A DNA stretch of 64,000 nucleotides from Dicyema japonicum (taxonomy: Eukaryota > Animalia > Dicyemida), in the NCBI GenBank assembly GCA_011109175.1, contig RDEW01000007.1, forward strand, positions 371,712 through 435,711, read 5' to 3'. Below are positions 49,214 through 62,689 of the stretch, in pieces. The notes under the pieces are model-generated. The model made no database searches, was not told the DNA's origin, and saw only the letters and a list, made by a program, of their open reading frames with translations. Every line of letters begins with the position of its first letter. The first letter of the stretch is position 1. The translations under genes and the position numbers were made by a program.

Positions 49214-50912
49214 ATGTCTCTTCTTTTCATTTTATCTGTAATTCAAAATTAACACTATTTTTAGATTTCGCTCATCGACTCAGCCCAAAATGGTGAATTC
49301 CTTTGATAAATTTAGATAAAATCTTAACTTGCTATTACACGAACTGGGCAGTTTACAGAAATGGGAATGCCAAGTACGACGCCAAGTACATGTACCCTTA
49401 CCTTTGCACACATATAATGTACGCGTTCGTGAATATCGACTACCAAACTCTGACTATAGTACCGACTGATCCCTGGTCTGACATGCCAGGTTTTAGTCTA
49501 TGACTTAATTTAGATGGACTTGTAACTTTGGAAAAGTCACATCGCTAAAGAAAATCAATCCTGACTTAAAGTCCTTGTGTCTATTGGAGGATGGGCGAGA
49601 CAGATAAAGGAATTCAAACATGCCTCGGGAGTGAAAAAAACAGAAAATTATTTGCACGAAATGCAAAAAAATTTCTTAAAAAATTCAACTTTGATGGATT
49701 AGACGTTGATTGGGAGTATCCTAGTGACAAGAACAAATTCTCTCTTTTGATCAAAGTCCTAAAATAAAAGTAATCCTAAGGCACTTCATGAGGAATTGAA
49801 AATGGACACTTCAGGACTCATATTTGCTGACGGCCGCAGTTTCCGCAGGAGAATGGACGGCTTCAGTTTCCTATGACATTCCATCGATTTCCAAGTAAAG
49901 GTGTTCTGGGATTCTACTAGATATCTTGATCAAATCTACGTCATGACTTATGACTTCTATGGCCAATTTTCAAGCGTGGTTGGGCATCACAGCGGGTTGT
50001 ACTGCTCGATAATAACGACCAATTCTGCACAGTATCTAGAATATTCAGTTTAGGATTTTGCCGTGAAATATTGGAACAAACATGGAGCTCCACTATCAAA
50101 GATTTCGATTGGCGTCCCTACATATGCTCAGGGATTCAAGACTAATACAAAAAAACCACGTCCTGGAGATGAAAAAATTGGTGGAACTCCAAAAGGAAGT
50201 ATATTGTACAATAGCGGGATCCTGGCTTATCTTGAAGTCCCTGTCTTTGATAAATTTAGTACTGTAATGAAGGATATAGAAATGTCTGGGACGACACCCA
50301 AAAAGTGGCTCACGGAGAAAAAGATCACTATTGGCTCGGATATGAGACCATCGAAAGCATTCGTGAAAAAGTTACAAATTCAAATATCTTAGGCAAATTA
50401 TGTCAAAGAGAAAGGATTGGCTGGAATGTTTGTGTGGACTCTAGATTTCGACGACTTTACGGGAAAAGAATGCAACAACGGAAAGAGTCCTTTGATTGGG
50501 GAGATCCACAAGGAACTCAACATTTATCCAGGAATTGTGATTAATTTCTCTAAATCAAGGACTGGGAATCACGATTCGAGACAAAATATATTTCCAGTAT
50601 TTCAACAACGATCAATCGAGACTCCAATCCAAGTAGAAAGAGGACGACTCAAAATAAGACCCCGATTACTCAAGAACCACCAACTGAAAGTTCTGACGTC
50701 AATAATATTGATTTAAGTTTTTATTATAATATATTTTAGACCGGGTTTGCACCAAAGTCGGAGTGTTTGCTCTCCATGGATGTAAAACATTTATTAACTG
50801 CTGCGGACTTGTTGGTCAGACTCCCCGCGTTTTTAAATGCCCGGAAAATTTACTTTTCGATGAAAATTTGAAGACTTGTAATTATCCACATTTGGTTGAT
50901 TGCAATGTCTAA
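49214..50912 (+). CDS. GH18 chitinase with signal peptide, S/T/P linker and CBM14 (ChtBD2) chitin-binding domain; 10 introns of 22-27 nt; apparent 1-nt assembly deletions
   Basis: CYYTNW, LCTHIMYAF, SIGGW, FDGLDVDWEYP (DxDxE intact), MTYDF, GMFVWTLDFDDF; six-Cys CBM14 ending CPENLLFDENLKTCNYPHLVDC; introns 49238-49264, 49293-49315, 49490-49513, 49756-49780, 49895-49920, 50032-50053, 50237-50259, 50371-50392, 50537-50559, 50717-50739. Confidence 0.95.
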
Positions 50913-52329
50913 CTTTAATCTCACTAATTCTTAGTTAATTTCTGACGTTTGGGGGTTTAATTTAAAAGAATGTTACTTTAAAAATATTTTATGAACTTTG
51001 ACCAGTCGATTTGTTGGTTATCAGGGAACTCTCTAAACTTATCTGGATTCCTTCGCATAACAACCGTTTCCTTAAATTTTTGTGCTGTTTTTCGCCAAAG
51101 AGACAATCTTGGCCATTGTTTACAGTAGAATTCACTAAAAAGAGACTAGCAGATGCTCTTTTATGTAATTTAACATGTGGGGGTTTTAATTAAAAGAATG
51201 TTACTTTGAAAATATTTTATAAACTTTGACCACTCGATTTGTTGGTTAATCGTTCGGAAGTTGGTTGTGGACTTACCCTTGGTGCACTACAGCAGTGTTT
51301 CTTAAACTTTTGTATCGTCCCTGTAAAAAATTTATCTGCCCGCAAATAACTTTAATTTTTAATTGTAGATATCAGAACTTAAAAAAATTGTTAGATAAAA
51401 TAAAGTTGTTATGATAGGTCTCCATTATGTCCTGCAGGCATTGAGCGCGCAATGGGAGTTTCCTTCATAATCGGGAGTCTAATGTCCTGGAAAATCAAAA
51501 CTTTAATTATTATTAAAAAAATTGTTAATATGTCCACTGACCTAGGTGAAGGTTTACCATTCTGTATTTTTAATAATTTTTGTAAGATCTACTCTGATAT
51601 CCCCTTCTTCACGATATTCAAATCATTACGCCTCTTACTCATCATATGGTTAAGCAGACTAAATCGGAAGGATAACAACGTTGAAGAAGATTTTCCCATA
51701 ATTTCGGTAATCGTAGTTTTGGTGTTTTGGTGTCCAGGCATTTGACCGATAGATATTAGGCCGACAGGACATAGTTTATATGGTGAACCTTCGAATTACG
51801 ATTTACTTTGCTGACAATTGGTGGTCACTGCCAACGTGGATGAATGGACTGTCATCGTCTTTTATACTCGTACAACTGAATACATTGATTGTGGGGTTTG
51901 CCTAAAATCTATAAGTTGTCATGACTACACTATATAATGGATTTGTATTAACAATAATAAATGTCAACTAATAGTTGCACGTGTATAATCATTGTAGGAT
52001 TGCACAGAACCAGTCAAATCAAAAATAAACACGAGGAATTGATGTATCTGCAAACACAACACTTCATTGAACGAGAAAAAAAGAAACGACTCAGTCAAAT
52101 TGACAGAAGTATCGCAACGATTAGAAAATCCTTTACTTTTGAAAAACAGTCATATTTCCGTGGTAAAGTTAAAGTTTCTCAGGAAACTTCAGATGTAAAA
52201 GAAGTCGGGGACTAATTTAACATGTATTATGTATAAATAATATGAATTGTTGCATTTTTTGTTTTCCAGTGTTTAACTCAGTTACCCTAAGGGTTAATGA
52301 AAAAAGCTTGTATTAAGAAAAAAACCAAG

Positions 52330-52600
52330 CCGAGCACCAACTGCCAAGGCCTGGGCATTGCTGCGAACGATGATAATTCAAAGTCGTCTGTGGAACCAGT
52401 TCCACTCCCGAAAACCTCGGAGAACATCTCTGGTGATATGTCGGGCCACACCCGAAGTCTCGATCGCAGAAACGGTCTCCAAGCACAGAATATTTATCCA
52501 GCTTGATCCGTTTGTCAGTATCAGCAGCAGAACTGTTGAGGTTGTACTGGGAACCATATTTGTCATGGAAATAAGATCTGAGGGTTTATTTGTCGGAAGG
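52330..52600 (-). mobile_element. CRE-like 3' fragment
   Basis: KLDKYSVLGDRF..AIETSG..IIIVRSNA. Confidence 0.65.
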
Positions 52601-53329
52601 TTGAGGTGGTGACAATACCCAAAAGTTTTTTAAAATAAAAAAGCAACAAACAACTCGCTGGTACATTCCGGTTGGAGGTCCCAGACATCTACGATGTTTT
52701 GACTTGACAAGTGACGACGTCATGAGTGAATATATCACCGCGGAACTGGATTGTTTATAAAGGACATACACACAACAAAAAAAAGTTAAGAGCATTCCTT
52801 GGTTCTCCCTCTACGATTAGTCATCATAACTGTTCTTTACTTAAAGAACGTGAGTGTCCTGAGCGGAGGTATTGCTAATATGTCTCTGCGTAAAAAAGTG
52901 CAGTATCATTAAAGATAACTAAATACTGAGGTGCTGAGATCATCACTTCAGAATTGCTACTCCGAGGGCTGCAATAGTCACGAATCTTAGACATATGATG
53001 TGGACACAGTCTATCTCTGAATGGAAAGAAGTTTTAATCCTGGACTGGACGTGGAAGATCTCTGAGAGATCTTAACTTGACGGAACTCTTCCTAATGGTC
53101 AGCAGTTTTACTACTCCCCTATGAAGGACACTTAAATATTTAGCTTTATATGATCTTAAAACGAGGTTAAATAATTTTTTGTACAAATCTTAATTAAAAA
53201 CCAATGAGGGATTGGTCCCCAGGTTAGAAGAGGCCAAAAAGTCATTTCCTAAAATGAGATAAAAATGATATTTTGAAAAATTAAACGCATGAAACGCGCA
53301 CAGAGCCTGCAGATACCCTTCCATACCGG

Positions 53330-53580
53330 ATTCCACTGGCCTTGACAGGGGAGACAAAAAGCAACCGGACGGAGTGACATTTTTTCCGTTCGAGGAGAGC
53401 AAACCGTTATTTTTGGATGCAACATTAGTCGACTTTCAGTCCCTCACCAACATCATCGGGAGCACGAAAGACACTAGCCCCAGATAAGAAATCAGAGAAA
53501 GCTAAATAAAAGAAATACAGAGGACTCCTCGATCGATATACCTTCCGCGCGATTGCTGTAGAGACAAGAAACTCAAGTAA
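53330..53580 (+). mobile_element. CRE-like RLE fragment
   Basis: GLDRGDKKQPDGVTFFPF..LFLDATLVD. Confidence 0.7.
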
Positions 53581-54162
53581 CTCTAAAAACGAAACCTCTT
53601 CGTTTTATCATAAATAAATGATGTTATTTCTTCTTCATCCACTGCATTTTTTCAGAAGAATTTATAGACATAAATTCTTCGATTTCTATCGGATCGTGAA
53701 TATCCGTGTTGATAATATTTCTCATGTTCACATTTACTAATGGTGTACTAATACCCGATTTTTTAGAATTTAAAAACAATTGTTGATTGTTTTAGTCATA
53801 CATCTTCCCAGGTCATTTTATAAATAGAACAATGTCTTTAGGTTCAAAATTTTATATCATTCATGAACTGACATTTTTTCTTTTTCCAATAATCCAGTAA
53901 GATACTCCAATTTGTGTCTATTGGACTTAGTTAATCATATAACAATAAAAAACAGTTTTAGTTTAACCCCAAAATAGCAAAATAGTATTTTTTTCAATCC
54001 AAAGGATTTCAGGACGATATGAAGAGTAATGTTTTGCTGAATTCAACCAAGTATCCCATTCTGTGACAACTATGTCCGAATACTCAAATTTTTGAAAAAA
54101 AAATATTTTCTTTTTTTGTTTTTACACATGATTACTTTACTTGCTATTTGTCGACATCGCCA

Positions 54163-54746
54163 TAATGTGAACTGATCATGTGAAATAAATAGAAAAAATG
54201 ACAGAATCTACAGCTAAAACTATTAACTAAAAATTATCATTGACAGGTGTTGATCACAAGTCCTACTACCTTTGGCTTAGACAAGGGGTTGATAATCTGG
54301 TATAATCCGGCTGTAATATGAAATTTGCCAGCCTTAATAAATGTAATGAATAATTTATTGTGTAACGAAACAATCAAAATAATCCAGCCAGATAGTTGAG
54401 TGGCTGTTTTTGTGACAACTGCCACAAAAATCTTTTGGAGCACCCTCGGTTTCCCGAAGTTCGTTGCTTGCTTTATTTTTCATGGACCCTAGTGATCTTA
54501 GAAAAGAGACTTTCATGGGCCCGCTCGTCTCGATGATTACGGGCTGAATGTAGAATCTTGTTGAGATGGCTGTCATATTTTCTTATTTTGAACATCTCGA
54601 AAGTTCGAGTATCCTTTCCAGCTTTCAACGTGGAGCTTGAAAGTCTCGATTGGGAAAAGGTATAGGTGTAGTCCTCATCCCAATACATTTTTGAGAACAT
54701 CAAGTACCTTGTCATCTGTGAAACTCTCGACTTGGTCAGCGTAATT
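54163..54746 (-). mobile_element. ~580-bp CRE-derived non-autonomous element, copy 1
   Basis: Near-identical reverse complement of 61492-62074 with the same ends; KIRKY..PVIIETSG..FLRSLG. Confidence 0.8.
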
Positions 54747-55379
54747 CTCTAATTTGGACTTTATGTATTTTATATGACTAATCTGCCAATTGAGGAAGTT
54801 GAAGAGGTTTTTTATTGAATCGAAATCGGTTCGGTCTGAGTAGATGTCCATGTTGGCGAGGTTATATGAGAGAGACTGATGTCTGGAGAGGTAAGAGAGT
54901 CTTTACGCAGTTCGGGCTTCTGGTGTGACTTTTTGGGTTATTGAGGATTTATAGGTAATCCAGATTTCCATTTATTCGAACTATAATCCACATAAAAAGA
55001 AAATTTGGTTCCTTGAAAGACAGTGATATCCACATTGTTCGAATTCATAAAGGCTGTGATTTCATTTAATTTGTTTCATAGGACGGTTAGCTTTCAACGT
55101 GGAGCTTGAAAGTCGTGGAGCTTGAAAGTCATTTAATTTGTTTCATAGGACGGTTAGCTTTCAACGTGGACAATGCACCTTAAAATTCAAAAAATGACGA
55201 TGGGTCAGAATTTTCTTAATATCGACAGATTCGATGAGAGAAATTGGGAAAGTTAAAAGTAGTCAACTCTGGTAGATTATCATTGGATGAAGATGAAAGG
55301 TGTGATCTTTAGTTAAATGTCTAAACGGCACAACTTGGAGGTGAACCACATGACATTTATAATTTATTTACAACTTTAT

Positions 55380-56140
55380 ACTTAATACGAAGCAGAACAC
55401 GGATAATCATATTTTTTGAAACACCTTGGCATTTTTGATTTTCCAACAAATAAAGGCTTTAATTTATGATTTCCTGATATATTTGCAAATAACATCACCG
55501 ATACTCTATTTTTGAAGTTCTTGTATCCTTCGAACGGAGTCTTGTAGATACTTCTGGATGGAACAAGCTTGTAAAAAATTCCAGTTTCATCCAGGTTATA
55601 AATCTGCTCGCAGGTATATGATTTTGAAACCTTTTGAAATTCTTTGAGAAACCACTCAATATCGACGCTTTTCTCAGTGCACATTTGTCATGTAATTTTC
55701 TCAGCCGAAATCCACGCCTTTTCTTAAATTTGGATAAAAATCCATAGAGTTTTTAAAATAGTGGAGAAAAAGCTGCTTAACAAAGAATTCTGTTTTACTG
55801 GATATTAATGCATCGTTCAACAATGCACCTTAAAATTCAAAACCATTAAGAATGCCTTTTGAGTCCATCGAATCCATCCACTCAACAAGCTTTTCATCAA
55901 GTTGCGGGAACTAACTTTTTGACTGTTTTTGTTAAGGAATTTTTAGTTTTGAATTGTTCCAAAATCGACTCACGACTTTTTAAGATAGCGTTAAATGTTC
56001 ACTTTAAACAAAAAGGAAAATTTGTCGGCAATTCTTTGGTATGATAATAAGTTGATATCGTTTTTATAACGCAATATTTGCACTTTTTGTTCGTTAGTGA
56101 GTCTTTTATATCGACCACTAGAAACACAACGGGCATGCTA
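55380..56140 (-). mobile_element. pogo/Tigger transposase (HTH plus start of DDE)
   Basis: IYNLDETGIFYK; KNRVSVMLFANISGNHKLKPLFVGKSKMPRCF. Confidence 0.85.
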
Positions 56141-56299
56141 CTCGAATAAAGTTTTATTGTTTTAATTTTCAGTAATTTTTTTAAACTTTAAAAAAAATTA
56201 TGGCAAATTTCGGAATTAGCAAATTTAAGAGAATTTACAGTATATATAATTTGATACATATAAAAACAATTCTAAACGCTTCTGCCAAAGTTTTAACGT

Positions 56300-57830
56300 T
56301 AAGCCCAAACTAAAAAACTCGAGATTAATCTGGCCGATTTTGGAATGAAGTTTATTGGGTATTTCCCAGAGCTGCAAACGCTTCTTAACAAAGATATTGG
56401 AAAAAAAGTTTTTTTTATTAATTTAAAAATAAGATCATGTAAAAATTATTCATCTTTAATTATTTTTTTGCTGCGTTTCATATGTGTTTTTTATTTCCAT
56501 CAGACATCTGTATTTCGACAATGTTGTGTGAAAATATATTGGTAATTGTTACACTTTCACCATATGGAGACTCAAATTTTTTAACGGCAAAAGGTGGATT
56601 ATAATCTTTCATAACTCTGACCTTTTTAAAAATATTAATAAATTAGAATTACCTTATCACCAGATTTAAATAAATATTTGCATTGATGTACACCCATTTT
56701 TATTTATTTTCTTAAATATGCTGAATCCATTTTTGGTGGATTGAATTCAAATTGAAACGACGTTTCTTCTAAATCAATATTATCTAAAAGAAAACCTTTT
56801 TGCCCTTCTTGATTGGAAGCATGACTGTCATCGCAATTTTCATCATTTAGTGATCTTTCACAATTTGAAAAATTATATCAATCTCATTGAAGGAACCTAT
56901 ATCTGTATTAATCTCATCGACTACTGTGTTTTCACATAATATGCTGTTGAATCCACTAATTCCTCGATATTTGTAAAATGGAGTATTGCCTCAAAAATAA
57001 TTTAATTAAAAGTTACCTGTTGATGTATGGGGAGGCAGATTATACAAATAAACTTCTTCCTTTATGTTTTTTAGTCCGACACTTGTCTTCGGACATCATC
57101 TTAGATAGTGATCTTGTGATTGTTTGATTGAAGCGTTCGATGATCCTTTGACTCCTTGGATTGTTGGGCCTACTATGAATTTTTTGGAAGTTGAAGCGGT
57201 CACATAATGCTCTTACATGGGAATTTTTAAATTCTGTCCCATTATCCGATTTTGAGAATCGGCATGGTCCACAATCCAAAAAGATTTCTTTTAGGTTTTC
57301 GGCCTCTTCATATTCACTCTTATTTTTCATATTTCTTGTGAAGGCATATTTAGAATAAATATCAATTACAGGAAGAAGCCATTTGAAAGATTCATTGCTT
57401 TTATTAAACCTTGAATTTATTTAATAGCAAAGTCTTACCTTTTAGATCAACCAGGTCTATTTGAAATCTTTCATTCGACTGAGAAGCTATAATGTGATTT
57501 TCAGGATCCATTTGCTTCAGTGGAGTCGAAAAACGACAAATGTCACATTCTGACATTACTTTCCGAATAATTTCTCTTTTCACGAAAAATATCTTTCATT
57601 GCAATATTGTTCCAATGTGTTGTGTCCACAATGCGAGGCAATTGATTTAATCTCTTCATGATTATCAGAGAAGATGACAATTTTGTGGGTTTCATTAGTG
57701 TCTTTAAGGTATAACCTCTCATTAATAGATAAAAAATTCTTTGACTTTTGAGTTAATCGGTATTTTTTGTCTTATATCATGATATTCCTGGATTGTTTTA
57801 ACGAAACACCGAGCCATCAGCTTAACTTAA
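56300..57830 (-). mobile_element. Ginger/KRBA2-like integrase element, decayed
   Basis: HHCC zinc-binding region (SHCGHNTL..), VIDIYSKYAF, SDNGTEFKN, SRPNNPRSQRIIERFNQT. Confidence 0.8.
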
Positions 57831-59389
57831 TAAAGCATGCTTGTATTATGTTATTTAAAATTTAAAAACAGTTTTTTTCAAAAATATTTAAATTATAATT
57901 GTTTAATTTTAAAAATAATAAATAAGAAAAACATGTGTAAAGTTTTATAAAAAATGCTTGAAATTGTAAATTCGAGCATTATGTAACGCGTAGCGCCTGT
58001 GACATACTATATCCGTCGTTTATCTCCCTGTTTTGAATCCACTATGACTTGATGCGTGATAGTCGTCCACTCGATCTTTGATGCTGTTCAATTAATTCTT
58101 TCAAGTGCTAGAAACAACTTTATCAGCCCGGACCTGATTCTTTACGCGGACGTGATTCTATACGACAAATAAGCCCAAGATTATGTTAAGGATATATTTC
58201 TCTTCTTGTCGACAGATGGAAAAATGCTGAATGATAACCTCCCGATCAGCCCTCGATCCCCATTGAAATGTGGAAGACTGAGAATGCTAGTTCTACCTGT
58301 ATCTAATACTGGGCTCCTAACGAAGCAGTATTTTTCATTGGATTCATCCGAAGAACACATTAATTAACGTAACAGGTCTCTCCTTAAAAATAAGATTGTG
58401 TCCTGCCTAAGTGGAAGTTTAAGTAGTGGAAACATTGCTATTCCACTACGGAAGGGATGTTATTATTCCACTAGGAAAAATGGATTCCTAACCAGTTTTT
58501 GGTTTCTTGTGAGTCCACATTGACAAAACCATTTTGCAGTGAGGTATAACTGCTGATAGCTTCACTCGTCAAATAGCATTGTAGATGTATGGAAGCTTTG
58601 AAGTGATGTCCGTGAGAGTAAGACGTGTGATGAAAATGGAAGATGGAAAACCTACTTCTCTACCTCTCTTTGTAAGCGGAAGCCTGTAATGGACTATTGG
58701 AGGATGTATTTGGTTGGTACAAGAAGACGTTCTCCCTTGGGTTTTTTCTATGGATTAATTAGTTGTGACTGTTTGTGCTGGGCTTACACCAAAGATTGTA
58801 AACCTGAGGTTAATAAATAATTATAAAATTTATTTATTTTGAAATAAAGTTGCTTTTTAGGATTACCGTTGAATCAATGAGAATATGGTATTTTTCCACT
58901 CCTCTCAAACCAATCCTCAACAAATGCAACATATCTTCATTATTTGCAGTATTCCTTTCACATCACTCAAGCGGTCTCTCCAAGAGGTTATTCCGCCAGC
59001 TGGGAATTTTTATTTATGTAAACATAGACTGCTCCTGTAGTTGACAAAAAGATGACTTAGCAAACATTGGAGATACAATGCTTCGGAACAAGGAATTGTT
59101 AAGTACGCTATCTCTCGAATTCATCTTCACAAATATCCAGAAAGTTGAATCTCTGATATAAAAGTTATTTTCGCTTGAATATAAAGATAACGATTTTTTA
59201 GAAATATTTATATCGGTTTGAATAGTCGTCTTATTTTTATAAATGTTTTTGGATATTATCCACCATATCGTTGAAAAGAGTGGTAGTGGTGAAAGAAGCA
59301 TGTTTTAGCTTAATCTACATATTATTGCGTCTATTCACCACCCCCATGGTGCCCTAACTAATAAAATACCTATGGAAGATAAATGAAAT

Positions 59390-59650
59390 AATTACAGGAA
59401 TTTGGATATTCGTCTGGACCTGGGAACCCCGCGAACGTGGCCATGGAAGACTATATTGTTCTGGACGCTCCGCGATCTGTGGCTAATCGATGGCAGCCCT
59501 ACCGAGTATCCTTGAAGAAAAACTTAAGGAAATCAGGAGACGCTTCGAGGACGCGAAAGACAAAGAGTCTTCGAGAAGTCCAGTCCACCAAACAAAATAA
59601 TCCACGAGTCTAGTCACGAATGAAGAAGCATATGTGTTTGCTTCGTTACG
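59390..59650 (+). mobile_element. RTE-clade 3' fragment
   Basis: PANVAMEDY, matching PANVAMEDH in ORF 25883-27952. Confidence 0.6.
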
Positions 59651-60270
59651 AAAGCTGAGGTAGAGAATATTAAATGAAACAAAGAGCTCTAGAGAGGGGA
59701 GCCATCGACCCTCAACGATTGTGGATCAACATTGTTAACCTTTAAAGCTGATTTTGTAGCGAGAACGGGAACGTTGATTTTCTTCCACAACAAGTTGCCT
59801 AATTACCTCGTCATATGATTTTTCCGAAAAAAACTTCAAGATCTCAGCATTTTTGCTAACTATGATGACCATTCGACAGAATTTTGATTGTAGGGAAAAC
59901 CCACGCAATTAGGGTTGTTACCCTATAATTTTGTGTATTTTGTTAAATAAAACGTATTTCAAAATTAATATAAAATGTATTTATCTTTTAGAATCGCCGT
60001 CCTCCGCGCACTGCTCAACGTCTTATGGGAGATAGAGCCTGATTGTTTATGTCATTTAATAAAGTGTTGAGGGAATACTCAAGGAGAGTTCCGGAGTTAT
60101 TGGAGGCTGAGACCATCTTATTACGGGTTTACCTTTCTCTTGGTCTTGGATTTCTGTGATTTTCAATAAATAATCTGTCAGATTTCGAAAAACGGAAAAC
60201 ACTAAAATCAAAAATACTGAGAAAAAGGAACTAAAAGTCGAATTTACAATTTAGGAAATTTTTAAAATAA

Positions 60271-61051
60271 ATGAATAGTCGCTACTTCCTGTCGCAATGT
60301 TGGTCACGACAGAAGGATTCTGAAAATTTTAAACATTTTTCTCTTTTTGTATTAATTTACATTAAGCCTAGATAATAAGCATTTCTCTGACAATCTGTTT
60401 TTTTCTTTCTATTTCGAAAAAGGATAACATGAATGATGGAATATCCCACGTCCTTTTGATTGTGGTCGTCTTCTTCACGGTGAATGCCATAATTTTTGGA
60501 ATTCTCTCATTTTTTCCAACAATGTGACCTATAAATTCATAGTTTCATTCCATACTAATGTTTAGCTGATTGTGACAGAAATATTCATTTTCCTGATGTG
60601 CCTCGCATCTTGGCGGTCTACACTCTAGAAAATCAGCAGGTTTCACTAATTTACGCATTTAAGGTCACCGACAAAATACGTGAGATTCTTTTAAGGTCAT
60701 ACTATAATGAGGACTTCAAAATCACCAAACTCGTGGGCAACCTCGAAAAGATTGTAGAATCCTATGATAACTCGTTTTAGTACAATTGCTGCGGTTTTCT
60801 GGGTCCTGGAGACTACGAGGGAGAAATTCCAGAGAGATGCTGCCATTTCCCCCCTTGTAACGAAAAAACGTGTTTAAAACTGTATTTACTGATTATTTAC
60901 TAAATAGGGGTGTGGATGGATTCTCCAATCAAATTTTCTAAGATACTTCAAATATGTGGTCACCTTTACCATTTTCCTAATCTTCAACTCCCTGTTCAGC
61001 GTTTTGCATCACATTTATATTGTATATCTCCAGAAATATAAACAGGACTGA
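60271..61051 (+). CDS. Tetraspanin; 5 introns of 23-27 nt; apparent 1-nt assembly deletions
   Basis: Four hydrophobic segments (ILKILNIFLF-IISISLTICFF; HVLLIVVVFFTVNAIIFGIL; LIVTEIFIFLMCL; YVVTFTIFLIFN..) and EC2 YNCCGFLGPGDY..IPERCC..C..C..GC. Confidence 0.85.
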
Positions 61052-61491
61052 ATTAATTTTATACTGCTTAATGTCCGTTTTTATTGTCTTTCAATAATAG
61101 GAAATCTTGTAGGGTCAAGATTTAAGTTGATTTAAGTTTAAATTGGGAGTTTTCTCATTGATTCCTTAATTTTTAAGGTTCTAAGTTTTAATAGTCGAGA
61201 ATGATAGAGCTTGCAAGGCGAATCTCTCAGCGTCTGCGTTTTGTGGATTTATTTTTTTATAGATTTATTCATTTGGTTTTTCATAAAGTGTGAAATGGTT
61301 AAAGAAATATCTGGTATTGGATGGGTTCAGATCAAGGGGAGCCAAGGATGATCCATTTTGGTTAAAAAGTAAACTCTCATAAATTTGCTAAATTAAATTC
61401 TTTATTGGTTGGAAAATCAAAAATGCCAAGGTGTTTCAAAAAAATATGATTATGGTGTTCTGTTTCGTATTAAGTATAAAGTTAATAAATA

Positions 61492-62074
61492 AATTACGCT
61501 GACCAAGTCGAGAGTTTCACAAATGACAAGGTACTTGATGTTCTCAACAATGTATTGGGATGAGGACTACACCTATACATTTCCCAGTCGAGACTTTCAA
61601 GCTCCACGTTGAAAGCTGGAAAGGATACTCGAACTTTCGAGATGTTCAAAATAAGAAAATACGACAGCCATATCAACAACATTCTACATTCAGCCCGTAA
61701 TCATCGAGACAAGCGGGCCCATGAAAGTCTCTTTTCTAAGATCACTAGGGTCCATGAAAAATAAAGCAAGCAACGAACTTCGGGAAACCGAGGGTGCTCC
61801 AAAAGATTTTTGTGGCAGTTGTCACAAAAACAGCCACTCAACTATCTGGCTGGATTATTTTGATTGTTTCGTTACATAATAAATTATTCATTACATTTAT
61901 TAAGGCTGGCAAATTTCATATTACAGCCGGTTTATACCAAAAAATCAACCCCTTGTCTAAGCCAAAGGTAGTAGGACTTGTGATCAACACTTGTCAATGA
62001 TAATTTTTAGTTAATAGTTTTAGCTGTAGATTCTGTCATCTTTTCTATTTATTTCACATGATCAGTTCACATTA
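61492..62074 (+). mobile_element. ~580-bp CRE-derived non-autonomous element, copy 2
   Basis: See 54163-54746; ORF 61794-62000 differs from ORF 54237-54443 by one residue. Confidence 0.8.
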
Positions 62075-62689
62075 AACTAAAAAATGTATCCATTTGCAAA
62101 TAAGTGATCTCACTATGGAAACGCTTACCACAACAAATTAAGATAATTGATTTTTTATTTGTTATATGATTAACTAAAGGATCTGCCACGTGGTGCCATG
62201 TCGCTACTTGATTGAAGATTTCTCACTTTAATCAGAAGACGCCCAATGCTTGGCCGGCATTCGAAAGGATACATCTATTTATTCCACTGGGAGTCAATTT
62301 CTCTACCTGGCGACGAGTTCTGGATACGACCTCAGCTTCCCGGACAACGTTTTCTGGATCTCTGTCAATTGCTCCTTATTCTTGTGTCGATTGATTTTTA
62401 TATTTTGAAAATGAGAGGTCAAATTTAGAAGTCAGTATTTTGGAAAAAGAGAAAATACTTCCTTATACAAGAAAACGAAAATTTTGACATAAATATCTGT
62501 GTTGACCATGTGAATTCATTCCTAAATATTCCTTGGTTGCTATTAAAGTAAAATGAGGACCTTTACTTTCCTTGACATTCATGGTTCTGTGCAATTGCAA
62601 CTAACCATTGGAATATGTGCAAAACCATTCGACTAATAAGTTTCTAAATGTTGCTTTGATGTGGTCACTGCTGTAGTAAATTTCAATTA

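Noticed and set aside
49514-50031. Programmed frameshifting or insertional RNA editing in the chitinase
   Set aside because: Missing bases lie in homopolymers across several unrelated genes; sequencing error is simpler
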